Positions 29,359 to 40,050 of a DNA stretch of 64,000 nt are shown here, in pieces; position 1 is the stretch's first letter; each line of letters begins with the position of its first letter. Under the pieces are notes generated by a model. The model worked only from the letters and a program-made list of their open reading frames with translations. It searched no databases and was not told where the DNA came from. The position numbers and the translations under genes are program-made. The stretch comes from an uncultured archaeon (GTDB lineage Archaea; Thermoplasmatota; Thermoplasmata; Thermoplasmatales; Thermoplasmataceae). Location: positions 1,408,001 to 1,472,000 of the forward strand of contig CP009479.1 in the NCBI GenBank assembly GCA_000965745.1. The letters run 5' to 3'.

Positions 29359-29629
29359 AGGGTGTGCCCTGTGTGATGCAACATGGGGAGAATACTGGAG
29401 AGAGATTGAAGGGCAGAACATGTTTTTCTGCTGCAATATCTGCGCTGATGCGTACGAGAACATGATAGGGGAGGTCAAAAAAAAAACAGGCTGGGAAGAA
29501 CTGGACTATGTCGAAATAACCGGCAACTACCGGCTTGGCAGAACCTGCAGAGCCACCAAAGGAGACAGTGAATACAAGTACTTCTTCAGGCACGAGAACG
29601 GGAATATTACCCAGTTTGAGGAAAGATAG
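29342..29629 (+). CDS. TA0938 family Zn-binding protein
   Basis: GCALCDATWGEYW...FFCCNICA signature. ATG 29342 overlaps the upstream gene's end. Confidence 0.8.
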   Translation: MKTNYEGCALCDATWGEYWREIEGQNMFFCCNICADAYENMIGEVKKKTGWEELDYVEITGNYRLGRTCRATKGDSEYKYFFRHENGNITQFEER

Positions 29630-29630
29630 C

Positions 29631-30680
29631 CTAAAAGATTATTCCCTTGGACGCAAGCTTCTTCCTGATGAAATCGAACGCTTCCTCATTGTATCCTATA
29701 TTTTCAGGTGGCAGGACACCTTTACCATCCACTTTCCCTTCAATGACCGCTTCGGCGATCACTGAAGCTGTGTATCCTGTCATGCGGCTCATGGAGCTAA
29801 CCCCATTCTTATCGTCGTAACGGTCAATACAGAAGAATTCCCTGTTTTCCTTTCCTATTCCTCTAACTATGAGGATGCAAACATCCTTTTCTCCCGTTCT
29901 CAGTTTTTCGAAAACCTGCTCAGAAACCTTTCTGACAGTGGTACCGGATACCTTCTTGTCAGAAAAGAAACCCATCTCCCTCAGAAATCTTATTTTTGCG
30001 AGGTGTCCCGGGTATCTGAGAGTCTTTTCGAACATGTTTACAACCCTGTCAGAATCCAGAAGTGTTCTCAGGCCGTCAGAGTAGAAAGCCTCGAAGTCAC
30101 CCAGCCCCTCGACGTGAAAGCAGGATATGTCATCAAGGGGATCGACTTCCCTCAATTTCCTCTCTGCTATTATTCTGGCAGGTCGGGTATACTCGTCTAT
30201 CAACCCCTCAACAGACCAGGTTACAGCGTAGTCAAGAGGTGGTTTCTTTTCCTGAGGCAGCCCTGCTACGTACATCTCAACAGAATGGTATCTGCCCTCT
30301 TTCAACAGGTTCCCGGCCAGGATGTTGGAAAGGCCAGGTGCAAATCCTGCGTCAGGTATGAGGAGGGCATTGTTATCCTCGGCAAGGTCTTGAAGCTCCA
30401 TTGGATCATTCTCCGAAAAAGATATGTCTACAACTTTTAACCCGTGCGATACAAGTTTCTTTACAACCCCGAAAGCAACACTCCCGGGAAGGGCTACAAG
30501 AACAACGTCGGACCTCTCAAGCACTTCCCAATGGTCATCTACGGTTCCTGCAAGCCACCTTATGCCCTTGATCTTCTTCAGCCTCTCGGCGTCTAAATCA
30601 ACAACTGCCACTTCATGGTTCCCTGAAAGATAATCTGAAATCGTTTTACCGATGGCCCCTGCTCCGACAACTGATATCAT
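29631..30680 (-). CDS. Saccharopine dehydrogenase / lysine 6-dehydrogenase family protein
   Basis: GAGAIG, DAGFAPGLSN, TWSVEGLIDEY, EAFYSDGLRTL, KTLRYPGH, SMSRMTG. Confidence 0.87.
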   Translation of the reverse strand: MISVVGAGAIGKTISDYLSGNHEVAVVDLDAERLKKIKGIRWLAGTVDDHWEVLERSDVVLVALPGSVAFGVVKKLVSHGLKVVDISFSENDPMELQDLAEDNNALLIPDAGFAPGLSNILAGNLLKEGRYHSVEMYVAGLPQEKKPPLDYAVTWSVEGLIDEYTRPARIIAERKLREVDPLDDISCFHVEGLGDFEAFYSDGLRTLLDSDRVVNMFEKTLRYPGHLAKIRFLREMGFFSDKKVSGTTVRKVSEQVFEKLRTGEKDVCILIVRGIGKENREFFCIDRYDDKNGVSSMSRMTGYTASVIAEAVIEGKVDGKGVLPPENIGYNEEAFDFIRKKLASKGIIF

Positions 30681-30746
30681 GATTTCATTAAGTGTTGGTT
30701 ATATAAAATTACCATCCCTTAGCAAAGATTATGCCGCTGTTAGCCC

Positions 30747-31583
30747 ATGGTTAATGCGTTAATGGCAGGCAATAACTCTGAAAACTCCCTGAATGAGATC
30801 GTCAGGGACAACAGGTCCGGTTCAACAGAGCTTTCATTGAAGGTGGCAGATTTCTATTCCAGATGCTCCAGCTGCAATGGGGACTTCATGAAAGACGCGA
30901 TGGGAAGGATAGGCTCCGCCCACATTGGGATGGGGCTAGTGAGAAATACAAACAGAATCATGTTTTCAGCATGGGAAAACGATCCTCACTCCCTGGTTGA
31001 GGAATCTGAAAAACTGAAACTGCAAATAAAAACCCTGTCCGAAAAGGCTGTGAAAAATTCTCCGGATATCCTGCCCGACGGGGTATCGGTGGCTACTATA
31101 AGCAATAGTTCAGCAGTCAGAAACGCTCTTGTTTTAAACAGGAAGAAAATTGCGCGGGTATATGTACTGGAAAGTAGGCCGGGGCTGGAGGGGCAGTCAA
31201 TGGCGGAGGAACTCGACAGAAACGGGATCGACACTGTGCTAATGGTTGATGCGGCTGTCCAGAAGGCATCCCAACTCGCAGGCATCGCCATATGCGGCTC
31301 CGATTCTGTGTTGTCAGACTACTCCCTGGTGCACAAAGTCGGAACGTACCCCCTGTTCATGTCGATGAGAAAAGAAAACAGGAAAACCTACTCTCTTTCG
31401 ATAAGCCTGAAGTTTGAAGCCGAATTCGACGGTGGGTCTTACCCTTCATTTGCCGTTCACGACCCACGGGAGATCGTGCAAGGAAACCTCGAAGCACTGA
31501 ACTTATATTTTGACATAACCCCTCCAACGCTAATTACAGCGTATGTGACGGACAGGGGGATCCACTTACCACGGAGCGATTAG
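30747..31583 (+). CDS. eIF-2B alpha/beta/delta family protein (aIF-2B / R15P isomerase-like)
   Basis: DNRSGS, ESRPGLEG, GSDSV, HKVGTY, FDITP, TDRG. Confidence 0.8.
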   Translation: MVNALMAGNNSENSLNEIVRDNRSGSTELSLKVADFYSRCSSCNGDFMKDAMGRIGSAHIGMGLVRNTNRIMFSAWENDPHSLVEESEKLKLQIKTLSEKAVKNSPDILPDGVSVATISNSSAVRNALVLNRKKIARVYVLESRPGLEGQSMAEELDRNGIDTVLMVDAAVQKASQLAGIAICGSDSVLSDYSLVHKVGTYPLFMSMRKENRKTYSLSISLKFEAEFDGGSYPSFAVHDPREIVQGNLEALNLYFDITPPTLITAYVTDRGIHLPRSD

Positions 31584-31629
31584 CAAATCTTTATAACTCC
31601 CGACTTTTATGGCGCCTTGATACTGATAT

Positions 31630-32214
31630 ATGAGCTCCTTTGTAAACTTCCTTTCCAAGTTGCTTGCCAATCCACTCAGCTACTTCAATCTGCCAAATTT
31701 CCAGATCTACCAGCTCTCATTCTTCGCGATTCTCATTTTCGTCCTGATTGCATTGAGGGTGGGACTTTCAGTGGCTGGCAGGAAGTATTCTACTCTTAAG
31801 CTTTTTACTGGTCCTGTTTTCCTGGTGCTCCTGGTTACTTACAACTATTACAATTCCTATCTTGTCTCGCTGACTCTTAACCTCTCAAGCCTGACGAAGG
31901 TCGAAGTACTTCTAGTCCCGTTCCTTGTGGCGCTTGGAATTGCCGCAGGCCACAGGCTTGCCAGGAACGACAGAGTTTATATTAAGAAAGGTGCGCCGCA
32001 CTACAGCAGTTCTGCGATCATCTCATTAGTATGGGCGCTTTCTTTCCTGATCAGGATGGGCATAATCACCTACCTGCCGCTCATACAGGTAAGCGTTGCA
32101 ATCTTCTCCTCTGTTGTGCTGGATATCGCCACAGGACTTATCCTCGGAGAGTCGCTTAAAATATACAGGACGTACAGGAGGAACTTTTCAGGTGCGGATG
32201 CCTCTCCGGCATGA
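31630..32214 (+). CDS. Membrane protein (possibly CcdC/DUF1453-like)
   Basis: About five TM helices; family assignment tentative. Confidence 0.65.
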   Translation: MSSFVNFLSKLLANPLSYFNLPNFQIYQLSFFAILIFVLIALRVGLSVAGRKYSTLKLFTGPVFLVLLVTYNYYNSYLVSLTLNLSSLTKVEVLLVPFLVALGIAAGHRLARNDRVYIKKGAPHYSSSAIISLVWALSFLIRMGIITYLPLIQVSVAIFSSVVLDIATGLILGESLKIYRTYRRNFSGADASPA

Positions 32215-32219
32215 TGAAC

Positions 32220-32260
32220 CATGCGAAATTATTCGAAAAAACAAATTTCGCATGCGAAAT
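32220..32260. promoter_or_regulatory. Repeated CATGCGAAAT half-sites including a perfect 16-bp palindrome ATTTCGCATGCGAAAT upstream of the pilin
   Basis: Palindrome at 32245-32260 and an extra half-site at 32220-32230, read directly. Confidence 0.45.
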
Positions 32261-32417
32261 GGTGTCAGACAACTGTATATAGTTATGCAACTGGCTGTAC
32301 AGGCATACATGTATGGGCTTAATATCTCGAGACTTCCTATATCCCGTTCTTTTCGGACGAAAGATTTATTATTATAGCGCAGTTGTGATTTACCACGCAT
32401 TGGCTGTGTGATTTACG

Positions 32418-32897
32418 ATGAAAGAAGTAATACAGAGACAAGATAAGGCAGTATCACCAATAATTGCAACTATATTGCTGATCGCCATTACAGTGGTCCT
32501 GGCTGCAACTTTATACACTATTCTTGGCGGCTACACAACATTCCTTGGGGCATCCACTCCCACGGCGTCAGTTCAGGTAACAAATTCGTCGACATCTACT
32601 CTCCCGTTCTATTTTGTCTACGTGGAGCAATTCGGCGGCAACGTATCGCTTAACTCAGTTCAGCTTAGGATAACGGAGGCCAACAACTCGATCTACGTTG
32701 TACCGTTGGCTCAAGGCACTACTAGCATTGCAGGTGGCCTGTGGAATCTAACAGTAAGGGGCTCTTCATATCTGAGTGCTTCTACGGCCATGACACTACA
32801 GGGAAACAAAGGGTTATCACCACTTCCTTTCATAGTGCAGATACAGCTGATTGACCTGAAAACAAACGGAGTAATTTCCACGAATACTGTCCAGTAG
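32418..32897 (+). CDS. Archaeal type IV pilin (class III signal peptide, DUF1628-type N-terminus)
   Basis: QDKA|VSPIIATILLIAITVVLAA PibD-type cleavage motif; Ser/Thr-rich body with several N-x-S/T sequons. Confidence 0.9.
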   Translation: MKEVIQRQDKAVSPIIATILLIAITVVLAATLYTILGGYTTFLGASTPTASVQVTNSSTSTLPFYFVYVEQFGGNVSLNSVQLRITEANNSIYVVPLAQGTTSIAGGLWNLTVRGSSYLSASTAMTLQGNKGLSPLPFIVQIQLIDLKTNGVISTNTVQ

Positions 32898-32980
32898 TAT
32901 TCATTTATATTATTTTATAAGAAAAAAATAGAACGGTTATAGTAAGATTTCAAGGAAAGATCTAACCAGCCTCTCCCGCT

Positions 32981-35065
32981 TCATTGTTTCCTTGAAAGCA
33001 GCTTGATTAAGTCTTCCGGCTTATATACCGGCGGGTAACAGGTATTGTCTGAACACACATAGACCGTGGTTTTTCCGCCTTCCATTTCCGTGTTCCTTAC
33101 CCTTTCCGAAAGTTCCCGTATCTTTTGATCTTCGCCGTCATAAAGAACTGTTACTTTGTTTGGGAGGAACCTCTGCCTGAGCTCATCTACAATCTGAACA
33201 GTCGCCGGCAGATCTTTGTTCCCGGCAACAGTGATCTCGAATGACGGTCCAACTGCAAAGTCTATTGCAGTCGCCAGGAACGTGTGATACATGGGCCCCA
33301 TCCTCATGTCCTCTGCCACCGAACTTGCCACCTTGAACGCCTTTTCCCTCAGTTCTTCATCACCCTTTATCAGCGATATCCTGAGCATGTTCAGCATCTG
33401 GACGGAATTTCCCGATGGCACTGCCCCGTCGTGCCCCTCTTTTGGCCTTATAAGAACCGTTTCGGAAGAATCGGGAGTGTAATAGAAACCACCGCTCTTC
33501 CCATCCCAGAAATGCTCCAGCGAGTAATCCATAAGTTTCATGGCGCATGCAAGGTACTTCGCCTCGAAAGTTGCCTCATACAGCTCAAGGAGCCCCCATG
33601 TGAGGAACGCGTAGTCATCGATGAATCCGTCAACAGCAGCTTCCCCGTCCCTGTATCTGTGCAGGAGCTTTCCGTCTGAATACATCCTGTCGAGAATGAA
33701 ATCTGCTGCTTTCTGTGCAATATCCAAGTATTCCTGGTCGGAAAATTTCTGGAACGACCTTGACAACGCCGCTATCATCAGGCCATTCATATCGGCAAGC
33801 ACCTTGTCATCCATATGGGGGTAAACTCTCTTGCTCCTGCGTTCCAGAAGTTTTTCTCTCAATGAGTTTATCTTCGAAATGAATTCTTCATCTCCTTCGT
33901 CCCGACTGCCTGCAATCTTCCTCAGCAACTGCTCCAGGAAAAGGATATTCTTTCCGGTGCTTCTGCCTGTTGCCTCTTCAACATAATTACCTTCTGGGTC
34001 TATGTTGAAGACCTCCGCAAACAGCTCACCATCATCGTTGCCCAGGGCTGACATGATCTCTTCCCATTTCCAGGTGTAGTATTTTCCCTCCTCATTTTCA
34101 CTGTCAGCATCTATCGCAGTGTACACTCCGCCTTCAGGGCTGAGCATTTCGCGCTTTACAAACTCGAGGATCTCGTCGGATACGTGCTTGTAGAAATCAT
34201 TTCCGGTCAGGACAAAAGCATCAGTGTAGGCGAGCATTAGAAGTGCCTGGTCATAAATCATCTTCTCGAAATGCGGGAGGAACCATCCTGAGTCCGTGGA
34301 ATACCTGTGAAATCCGAAGCCGATCTGATCATACACGCCCCCCATCCTCATCCTGAGCAGTGTCTTTTCCACCATTTCAAGACTCTCGGACTCTCCGTGC
34401 CTTTTGAAGTGCCGCATTAGAAACAGGAGGTTGTGCGGCGACGGAAACTTGGGTGCGACCCCAAATCCACCGTTGTCCCTGTCAAAATTCGCCTTAAGGC
34501 TGTCATACACTCTATTCAGGGTCTCTTCATTTACTATGTCACCACTCTGCTCCCTGACAACCTTTTTCATGTTCCCGATCACTTCGTCAGCCTTTGTTTC
34601 AAGATCATTCCTGCTCTCTTTCCAGAGGTCATTTATCCCCTTGGCGAGCTCAACTAACCCCATCTGGCCATGCCTGCTCTCCTTTGGGATGTACGTGAGT
34701 GCGAAAATGGGCTTCTTCTCAGGGGTCATAATTATGTTTAAGGGCCATCCTCCTGATCCAGTCATCATCTGGCTAACAATCATGTAAGTGCTGTCAAGGT
34801 CCGGCCTCTCCTCTCTGTCAACCTTGATGCATACAAATACTTCATTGAGAACCTTGGCAACGCCCTCATCCTCAAAGGACTCCCTTTCCATTACGTGGCA
34901 CCAGTGGCAGGTTGAGTATCCTATACTAAGAAACACAGGTTTATCCTCTTTCCTTGCCTTCTCAAAAGCTTCTTCAGACCATGGGTGCCAGTCCACCGGA
35001 TTATGTGCATGCTGCAGCAGATAAGGGCTTTTTTCATTGATCAGTCTGTTAGTGTGTTCATCCAT
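32981..35065 (-). CDS. Thioredoxin-domain / six-hairpin glycosidase-like protein (YyaL/SPATA20, DUF255)
   Basis: [53 protein letters not shown]. Confidence 0.93.
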   Translation of the reverse strand: MDEHTNRLINEKSPYLLQHAHNPVDWHPWSEEAFEKARKEDKPVFLSIGYSTCHWCHVMERESFEDEGVAKVLNEVFVCIKVDREERPDLDSTYMIVSQMMTGSGGWPLNIIMTPEKKPIFALTYIPKESRHGQMGLVELAKGINDLWKESRNDLETKADEVIGNMKKVVREQSGDIVNEETLNRVYDSLKANFDRDNGGFGVAPKFPSPHNLLFLMRHFKRHGESESLEMVEKTLLRMRMGGVYDQIGFGFHRYSTDSGWFLPHFEKMIYDQALLMLAYTDAFVLTGNDFYKHVSDEILEFVKREMLSPEGGVYTAIDADSENEEGKYYTWKWEEIMSALGNDDGELFAEVFNIDPEGNYVEEATGRSTGKNILFLEQLLRKIAGSRDEGDEEFISKINSLREKLLERRSKRVYPHMDDKVLADMNGLMIAALSRSFQKFSDQEYLDIAQKAADFILDRMYSDGKLLHRYRDGEAAVDGFIDDYAFLTWGLLELYEATFEAKYLACAMKLMDYSLEHFWDGKSGGFYYTPDSSETVLIRPKEGHDGAVPSGNSVQMLNMLRISLIKGDEELREKAFKVASSVAEDMRMGPMYHTFLATAIDFAVGPSFEITVAGNKDLPATVQIVDELRQRFLPNKVTVLYDGEDQKIRELSERVRNTEMEGGKTTVYVCSDNTCYPPVYKPEDLIKLLSRKQ

Positions 35066-35237
35066 CTTGAAGTCCCCGCATCATGATTTATTTCTCTTAT
35101 TAACAATTGATGTATAGGCAGGGGGAATATTGATTGCTCCAGGCGATGAGTTCAGGCTTGTCTGCATTGATTGAAGTTTCAGCAGAATATGCCGGTAGCC
35201 GATTTTATTTTTAAGCCAGAAGTCACTTCCATGCCTG

Positions 35238-35810
35238 ATGGACTCCATTATACTTGTTAGGCATGGTCAGAGTACCTTGAACGTACAGAGAGTGATATCA
35301 TGCGATCATGGAGGTTACCCTCTCACTCACGTGGGGGGAGGGGAGGTAGAATACCTGTCCTCCCAGCTTACTGGAATTCGCCTGTCAGGGATTCTCTCTT
35401 CCCCGGTGCTAAGGGCACGGCAGACAAGCGAGATAATCTCCAGAGCGTTGCAGCGTGACTACGAAGTGGATAATCGCATCAGGGAATCAGGGCTTGGCAA
35501 GTACAACAATTTCAAAATAACAGGCATGCCGCCTCTGTCCCATGAGGAACTCGGCATGGAATCGTGGGAATCCCACATCGAGAGATTTCTCTCCCTGATT
35601 GATTCCAGAAGTGGAAGGCACATACTGGTCTCACACGCTTATCCAATAAGGGCGATTCTCTCCCACTACCTTGGTTTGGGGGAACATGAAAGCCTTGGAA
35701 TTGAGGTAAGAAATGCAACAGCATCGGTCATCGACGTTGAAAACAGGATAGTCCTAAGCATTGGATCTTCAATTATAAGCGGCAGGGTTCTGGAATTCCT
35801 AAGGTCATGA
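35238..35810 (+). CDS. Histidine phosphatase family protein (dPGM-like)
   Basis: LVRHGQS, SSPVLRARQT, VSH. Confidence 0.87.
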   Translation: MDSIILVRHGQSTLNVQRVISCDHGGYPLTHVGGGEVEYLSSQLTGIRLSGILSSPVLRARQTSEIISRALQRDYEVDNRIRESGLGKYNNFKITGMPPLSHEELGMESWESHIERFLSLIDSRSGRHILVSHAYPIRAILSHYLGLGEHESLGIEVRNATASVIDVENRIVLSIGSSIISGRVLEFLRS

Positions 35811-35828
35811 GGAATGATGCTGCCTTTG

Positions 35829-36293
35829 CTACTCTTTGCTGTAAATCTCTCGGACTCTTCCACTTATCAGCTCTCCAACGTCAGCTAGAAATACTTCATC
35901 TTCTTTGTTGAATGCTGATGCAGTGTTGGAATCAAGATCGAGCTCTCCAATAGGCAACTGCCCATCCCTGATTGGCACAACAAGTTCGGACCTGGTTGAA
36001 CGGAAGCAGGCAAGATAATCGGAATTTGATGTCACATCAGGCTCATTGACTATGGCGTTTGTCACAATTGCCTTGCTGCAAAGGCCGTCCCCTATGGATA
36101 TGACATTATGTTCTGTCTTCTCCCCTGCAAACGTGTCGAGAACCAGCTTCTCACCTTTTACAACGTAAATGCCGACCCAATTGTAATTCCCGTTAACATT
36201 CATCAGCTCTTTGCAGACAAACTCAAAAAGCTCCTTTCTGTCTCCGCTCAATCTGGACTTCAGCAACTTAAGAAACTGTTCCCCGCTCTCCAT
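35829..36293 (-). CDS. msrC: GAF-domain free methionine-R-sulfoxide reductase
   Basis: YNWVGIY, IGDGLC, YLACFRSTRSELVVPI, GELDLDS. Start reassigned to ATG 36293. Confidence 0.85.
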   Translation of the reverse strand: MESGEQFLKLLKSRLSGDRKELFEFVCKELMNVNGNYNWVGIYVVKGEKLVLDTFAGEKTEHNVISIGDGLCSKAIVTNAIVNEPDVTSNSDYLACFRSTRSELVVPIRDGQLPIGELDLDSNTASAFNKEDEVFLADVGELISGRVREIYSKE

Positions 36294-36418
36294 TGCAATC
36301 ATTATCCTTTCTGCATTTATACCCGTTTCCTGTCGTGGAAAACTACAGTAGCTGTACAGTGCAACGGGCAAAATCAGGTAAATTATTAAGTGAACTTCGC
36401 ATTTATTGATAATCACAG

Positions 36419-37789
36419 ATGTTCTTCCACAACACCTTAACAAGGAGCCCGCAGGAGTTCAAACCTATGCACAGGGGGAGGATTAACCTCTTTGTCTGCG
36501 GACCGACGGTGCAGGATCACTTCCACATCGGCCACGCGCGCACATACATCTTCTTTGATGCAGTTGCAAAGTTTCTGAGGAAAACCGGGTACTCCGTATT
36601 CTACCTTCAGAACATCACCGATATAGATGACAAGATAATTAACCGCGCAAAGGAAGAGAAGTCTGATCCTCTTGAACTAGCCGAATCATATCTCGAGGAA
36701 TACTACCGGGAGATGAAGGAACTGAAGGTTGACAGCATTAACTTCTATGCCAGGGCAACTCTTCACATCGATGAGATCGTTTCCCAGATTGAGAGGCTGG
36801 TTTCCGCCGGACTTGCCTACGAAACAGAAGATGGCGTCTACTTCGAGGTGAGGAAGTTCAAAGATTATGGGGAACTCTCCGGGCAGAATCTCGACCAGAT
36901 CAAGCATGGTGTTAGAACTGACATAAGCGAAAGCAAGAGAAACCCGGAAGACTTCGTTGTATGGAAGAAAATGAAACCGGGAGAGCCATTCTGGGACTCT
37001 CCATGGGGCAAGGGAAGGCCTGGGTGGCACGTTGAGGATACCGCAATAACCGAGTCTTATTTCGGCGAGGAGTATGACATACACGGTGCAGGATCTGACC
37101 TTATATTCCCGCACCACGAAGCTGAAAATGCCATTGCCCGCTCGCTTTCTGGAAAGAAGCACCTTGCAAGATACTGGATCCATACCGGAATGCTGAATGT
37201 GAACAGTGAGAAAATGTCAAAATCCCTGAAGAACTTCAGAACAATTTCGGAAATACTTGAAAACTACTCCCCTGAAGTCCTGAGGTACGCGATGCTAAAT
37301 GCGAATTACAGGACAATGCTGGACTTTTCAGAAGAAATGATGGAAAGCTCCAGAGAAAATGTGGGTTATATAACTAAAGTCTACAAAAGGCTGAAAAAGG
37401 TCAAGGGAAAGGAGGGGAAGTTTAAGATCGATCTAAAGTCAGAACTTTCGACACTCACGAAGGCGATGGAGGCCGACTTTGACACACGCGGAGTGATAAT
37501 GAGGCTTCTAGAAATATGCTCGGACATAAACAGGAATATAGAAAGCATATCATCAGAGTCTGCGGACTCAATCATTGAACTCCTGGACTGGGCTAACAGC
37601 TTTCTGGGAATAGTTGAAAGCGGTGAGCAGCCATTGGGCTACGGCCTTATTTCATCCATTCTTGAAATAAGGAAAGACCTCAGGAAGAAGAAGGAGTTCG
37701 ATCTTTCCGACAGAATAAGGGCCGAGTTGAAGGCATACGGGATCTACATTGAAGATGTGAATGGCGGGACGGAATGGTGGTTCGAATAA
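36419..37789 (+). CDS. cysS: Cysteine--tRNA ligase
   Basis: VCGPTV, HIGH, NITDIDDKII, SPWGKGRPGWH, FPHHE, KMSKS. Confidence 0.96.
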   Translation: MFFHNTLTRSPQEFKPMHRGRINLFVCGPTVQDHFHIGHARTYIFFDAVAKFLRKTGYSVFYLQNITDIDDKIINRAKEEKSDPLELAESYLEEYYREMKELKVDSINFYARATLHIDEIVSQIERLVSAGLAYETEDGVYFEVRKFKDYGELSGQNLDQIKHGVRTDISESKRNPEDFVVWKKMKPGEPFWDSPWGKGRPGWHVEDTAITESYFGEEYDIHGAGSDLIFPHHEAENAIARSLSGKKHLARYWIHTGMLNVNSEKMSKSLKNFRTISEILENYSPEVLRYAMLNANYRTMLDFSEEMMESSRENVGYITKVYKRLKKVKGKEGKFKIDLKSELSTLTKAMEADFDTRGVIMRLLEICSDINRNIESISSESADSIIELLDWANSFLGIVESGEQPLGYGLISSILEIRKDLRKKKEFDLSDRIRAELKAYGIYIEDVNGGTEWWFE

Positions 37790-37805
37790 ACCATGAAGGA
37801 AGCAG

Positions 37806-38360
37806 GTGATATTCACGGCAGATGATGGGAATGCAGCCCTTGTGGTAGTTGACATCGTAAATGATTTTGTTACAGGGGTGTTCGGATCCGACAAGGCAAA
37901 AAAGACTGCAAATCTAGTTGCCTCTGTCCTCAAAGACGTCCAGGGTAGAATTCCGGTCATATTCACGAAGGACTCGCACCTCAAGGATGACCCTGAGTTC
38001 AAGGTATGGGGTGAACACTGCATTGACGGAACAGGCGGATCAGAATTGTATCCGGCGCTTTCGGGATTTACAGGTTTTCATATCAAGAAGAGGCACTTCG
38101 ACTCGTTCTTCGACTCTGATCTTGACGGCCTTCTTCGTGCAAAGGGGATAAAAAGGATTTACCTATGCGGCATAAGCACCGATATCTGCGTTCTTCACAC
38201 TGCGTCCGGGGCCTTTTACAGGTACTACGACATAACAGTGGTCGATGACATGTGTACATCGATCGACCCTTCAAAACACTCTGAAGCGCTGAAAAACATG
38301 AAGACTAACTACGGGGCAAGAATAATAAGCTCAAAGGAATTTATAGAGGAGGTTGTATAA
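37806..38360 (+). CDS. pncA: Isochorismatase-family cysteine hydrolase, probable nicotinamidase
   Basis: [31 protein letters not shown]; adjacent to pncB. Confidence 0.8.
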   Translation: MIFTADDGNAALVVVDIVNDFVTGVFGSDKAKKTANLVASVLKDVQGRIPVIFTKDSHLKDDPEFKVWGEHCIDGTGGSELYPALSGFTGFHIKKRHFDSFFDSDLDGLLRAKGIKRIYLCGISTDICVLHTASGAFYRYYDITVVDDMCTSIDPSKHSEALKNMKTNYGARIISSKEFIEEVV

Positions 38361-39579
38361 TACGAAAAACATGGTTCTTTTGGAGACAGAACGAATGTTC
38401 AACATTGCTACCGATGAGGATATACTTGGAGGGGATGCATCTGACGTATATTTCCAGAGGAGCATTTCAGGCATTAAGAAGAAAGGCTTTGACTATGATG
38501 TATCAGCAGAATTCACTGTTTCAGGGCCCCTCAACACATGGCTCAATTTTTCAGGCCTGGACGAAGTTGTAAATGCCCTGGAAGGAAGGAACGTCGATCT
38601 ATATGCGATTCCGGAAGGGACAGTAATGAACCCGAGGGATTCTGACGGAATTCCTGTGCCGTTTCTCAGAATAGAGGGAAAATACAGTGAATTCGGGGAA
38701 ATGGAGACTGCAATTCTCGGTTTTATCTGCCAGTCGACAGGCATTTCAACAGAAGCATCAAAGGTCAGGATTGCAGCTGGAGACCTGCCGTTCTTCTCCT
38801 TCGGCATCAGAAGAATGCACCCCGCCATATCTCCAATGATAGACAGGGCAGCTTTCATCGGTGGAGCGGACGGCGTTTCGGGAATACTGGGGGCAAAGAT
38901 AGTGGGCCTTGAACCTCTCGGGACAATGCCTCATGCACTTTCTCTGCTTGCAGGTGACGATGAAGCCTGGGCAATCTCACAGATGAACATCCCAAAAGGC
39001 CACAAGAAAGTGCTCCTTATCGATACCTACATGGACGAGAAGTTTGCCGCAATGAAGGCGGCAGACATGTTCCCCAATGTTGATTATCTGCGTTTAGACA
39101 CTCCGGGTTCGAGGAGAGGGAATTTCCCGGCACTTCTAAGGGAAGTGAGGTGGGAACTCGACCTTCGCGGCCACTCAAAAGTGAAGCTGATGGTGACAGG
39201 CGGGCTGAATGCAGAGTCAGTGAGTCAGTTGAAAGAAGCAGGTGCTGACGCTTTCGGAGTTGGAACATCAATATCATCTGCAAGGCCCTTCGATTTCGCC
39301 ATGGATATTGTTTCAGTCAGGGGAGCTCCATTGACCAAGAGGGGAAAGTTTTCAGGCACAAAGAATGTCTTCAGGTGCCCTTCCTGTGGAAGGATCGAAG
39401 TCAAACCTTCAAAAACAACTAGGAAAACCTGTTCCTGTGGAAAGAGGATGGAGCCTATGCTGAAGAAATTCATCGAGGCTGGAAAAGAAGCTGGAAACTA
39501 CGAGCATCCAAAAGAGATAAGGGAGCGTTCAGTGAAGGAAATCTCGAAGTTCGGGACAATGTTCAACCGGGATCAGTGA
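38353..39579 (+). CDS. pncB: Nicotinate phosphoribosyltransferase
   Basis: [37 protein letters not shown]; C-terminal CPSC...CSC. Start may be a few codons later. Confidence 0.92.
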   Translation: MYNTKNMVLLETERMFNIATDEDILGGDASDVYFQRSISGIKKKGFDYDVSAEFTVSGPLNTWLNFSGLDEVVNALEGRNVDLYAIPEGTVMNPRDSDGIPVPFLRIEGKYSEFGEMETAILGFICQSTGISTEASKVRIAAGDLPFFSFGIRRMHPAISPMIDRAAFIGGADGVSGILGAKIVGLEPLGTMPHALSLLAGDDEAWAISQMNIPKGHKKVLLIDTYMDEKFAAMKAADMFPNVDYLRLDTPGSRRGNFPALLREVRWELDLRGHSKVKLMVTGGLNAESVSQLKEAGADAFGVGTSISSARPFDFAMDIVSVRGAPLTKRGKFSGTKNVFRCPSCGRIEVKPSKTTRKTCSCGKRMEPMLKKFIEAGKEAGNYEHPKEIRERSVKEISKFGTMFNRDQ

Positions 39580-39947
39580 GATCTGCAATCTTTCTCGAAC
39601 TCTTCAAAGTTCAACAGGATATCCCGCAGAACAACTGCATTGTTGTGACTTTCATCCTTTGCAGCATATAGCAGTGTTATCAGGCCTGAATCAGCCAATC
39701 GGCGCAAGTCCTTCAGCAGCTCATTTTCGCACAACTCTCTTGCATAGTCTTCCCGGAATTGGTTCCAGTTCTCCGGTCTGTGCGCAAATTTTTTCCTGGT
39801 CTCGATGGAAGGTGCAATTTCTTTCATCCACGTCCAAACCGAGGCATCCTCTTTTCTGATGCCCCTCGGCCACAGGCGGTCGACAAGGATCCTCTTTCCG
39901 TCCAACTTTTCTGCCGGTTCATAAGCACGCTTGATCTTCACGGTCAT
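39573..39947 (-). CDS. DUF488 family protein (YeaO-like)
   Basis: [40 protein letters not shown]. Confidence 0.9.
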   Translation of the reverse strand: MTVKIKRAYEPAEKLDGKRILVDRLWPRGIRKEDASVWTWMKEIAPSIETRKKFAHRPENWNQFREDYARELCENELLKDLRRLADSGLITLLYAAKDESHNNAVVLRDILLNFEEFEKDCRSH

Positions 39948-40050
39948 GGATTGAATATCATATCTTAGGATTTGTATATAAGCTGATGCCTCTCCCGGAT
40001 AGATCCCGGTCCAGAGTCACATTAAACTATGGGCTGCCCATGTTGTTATC

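Noticed and set aside
35140-35200. GGCGATG start resembling a fluoride riboswitch
   Set aside because: No complementary stem or conserved 3' motif, and no crcB-type gene nearby.
36294-36443. N-terminal extensions given by the ORF track for msrC (also thiL, rhodanese, truA, TA0938)
   Set aside because: The extensions overlap promoters or neighbouring genes; family-typical N-termini begin at later starts.
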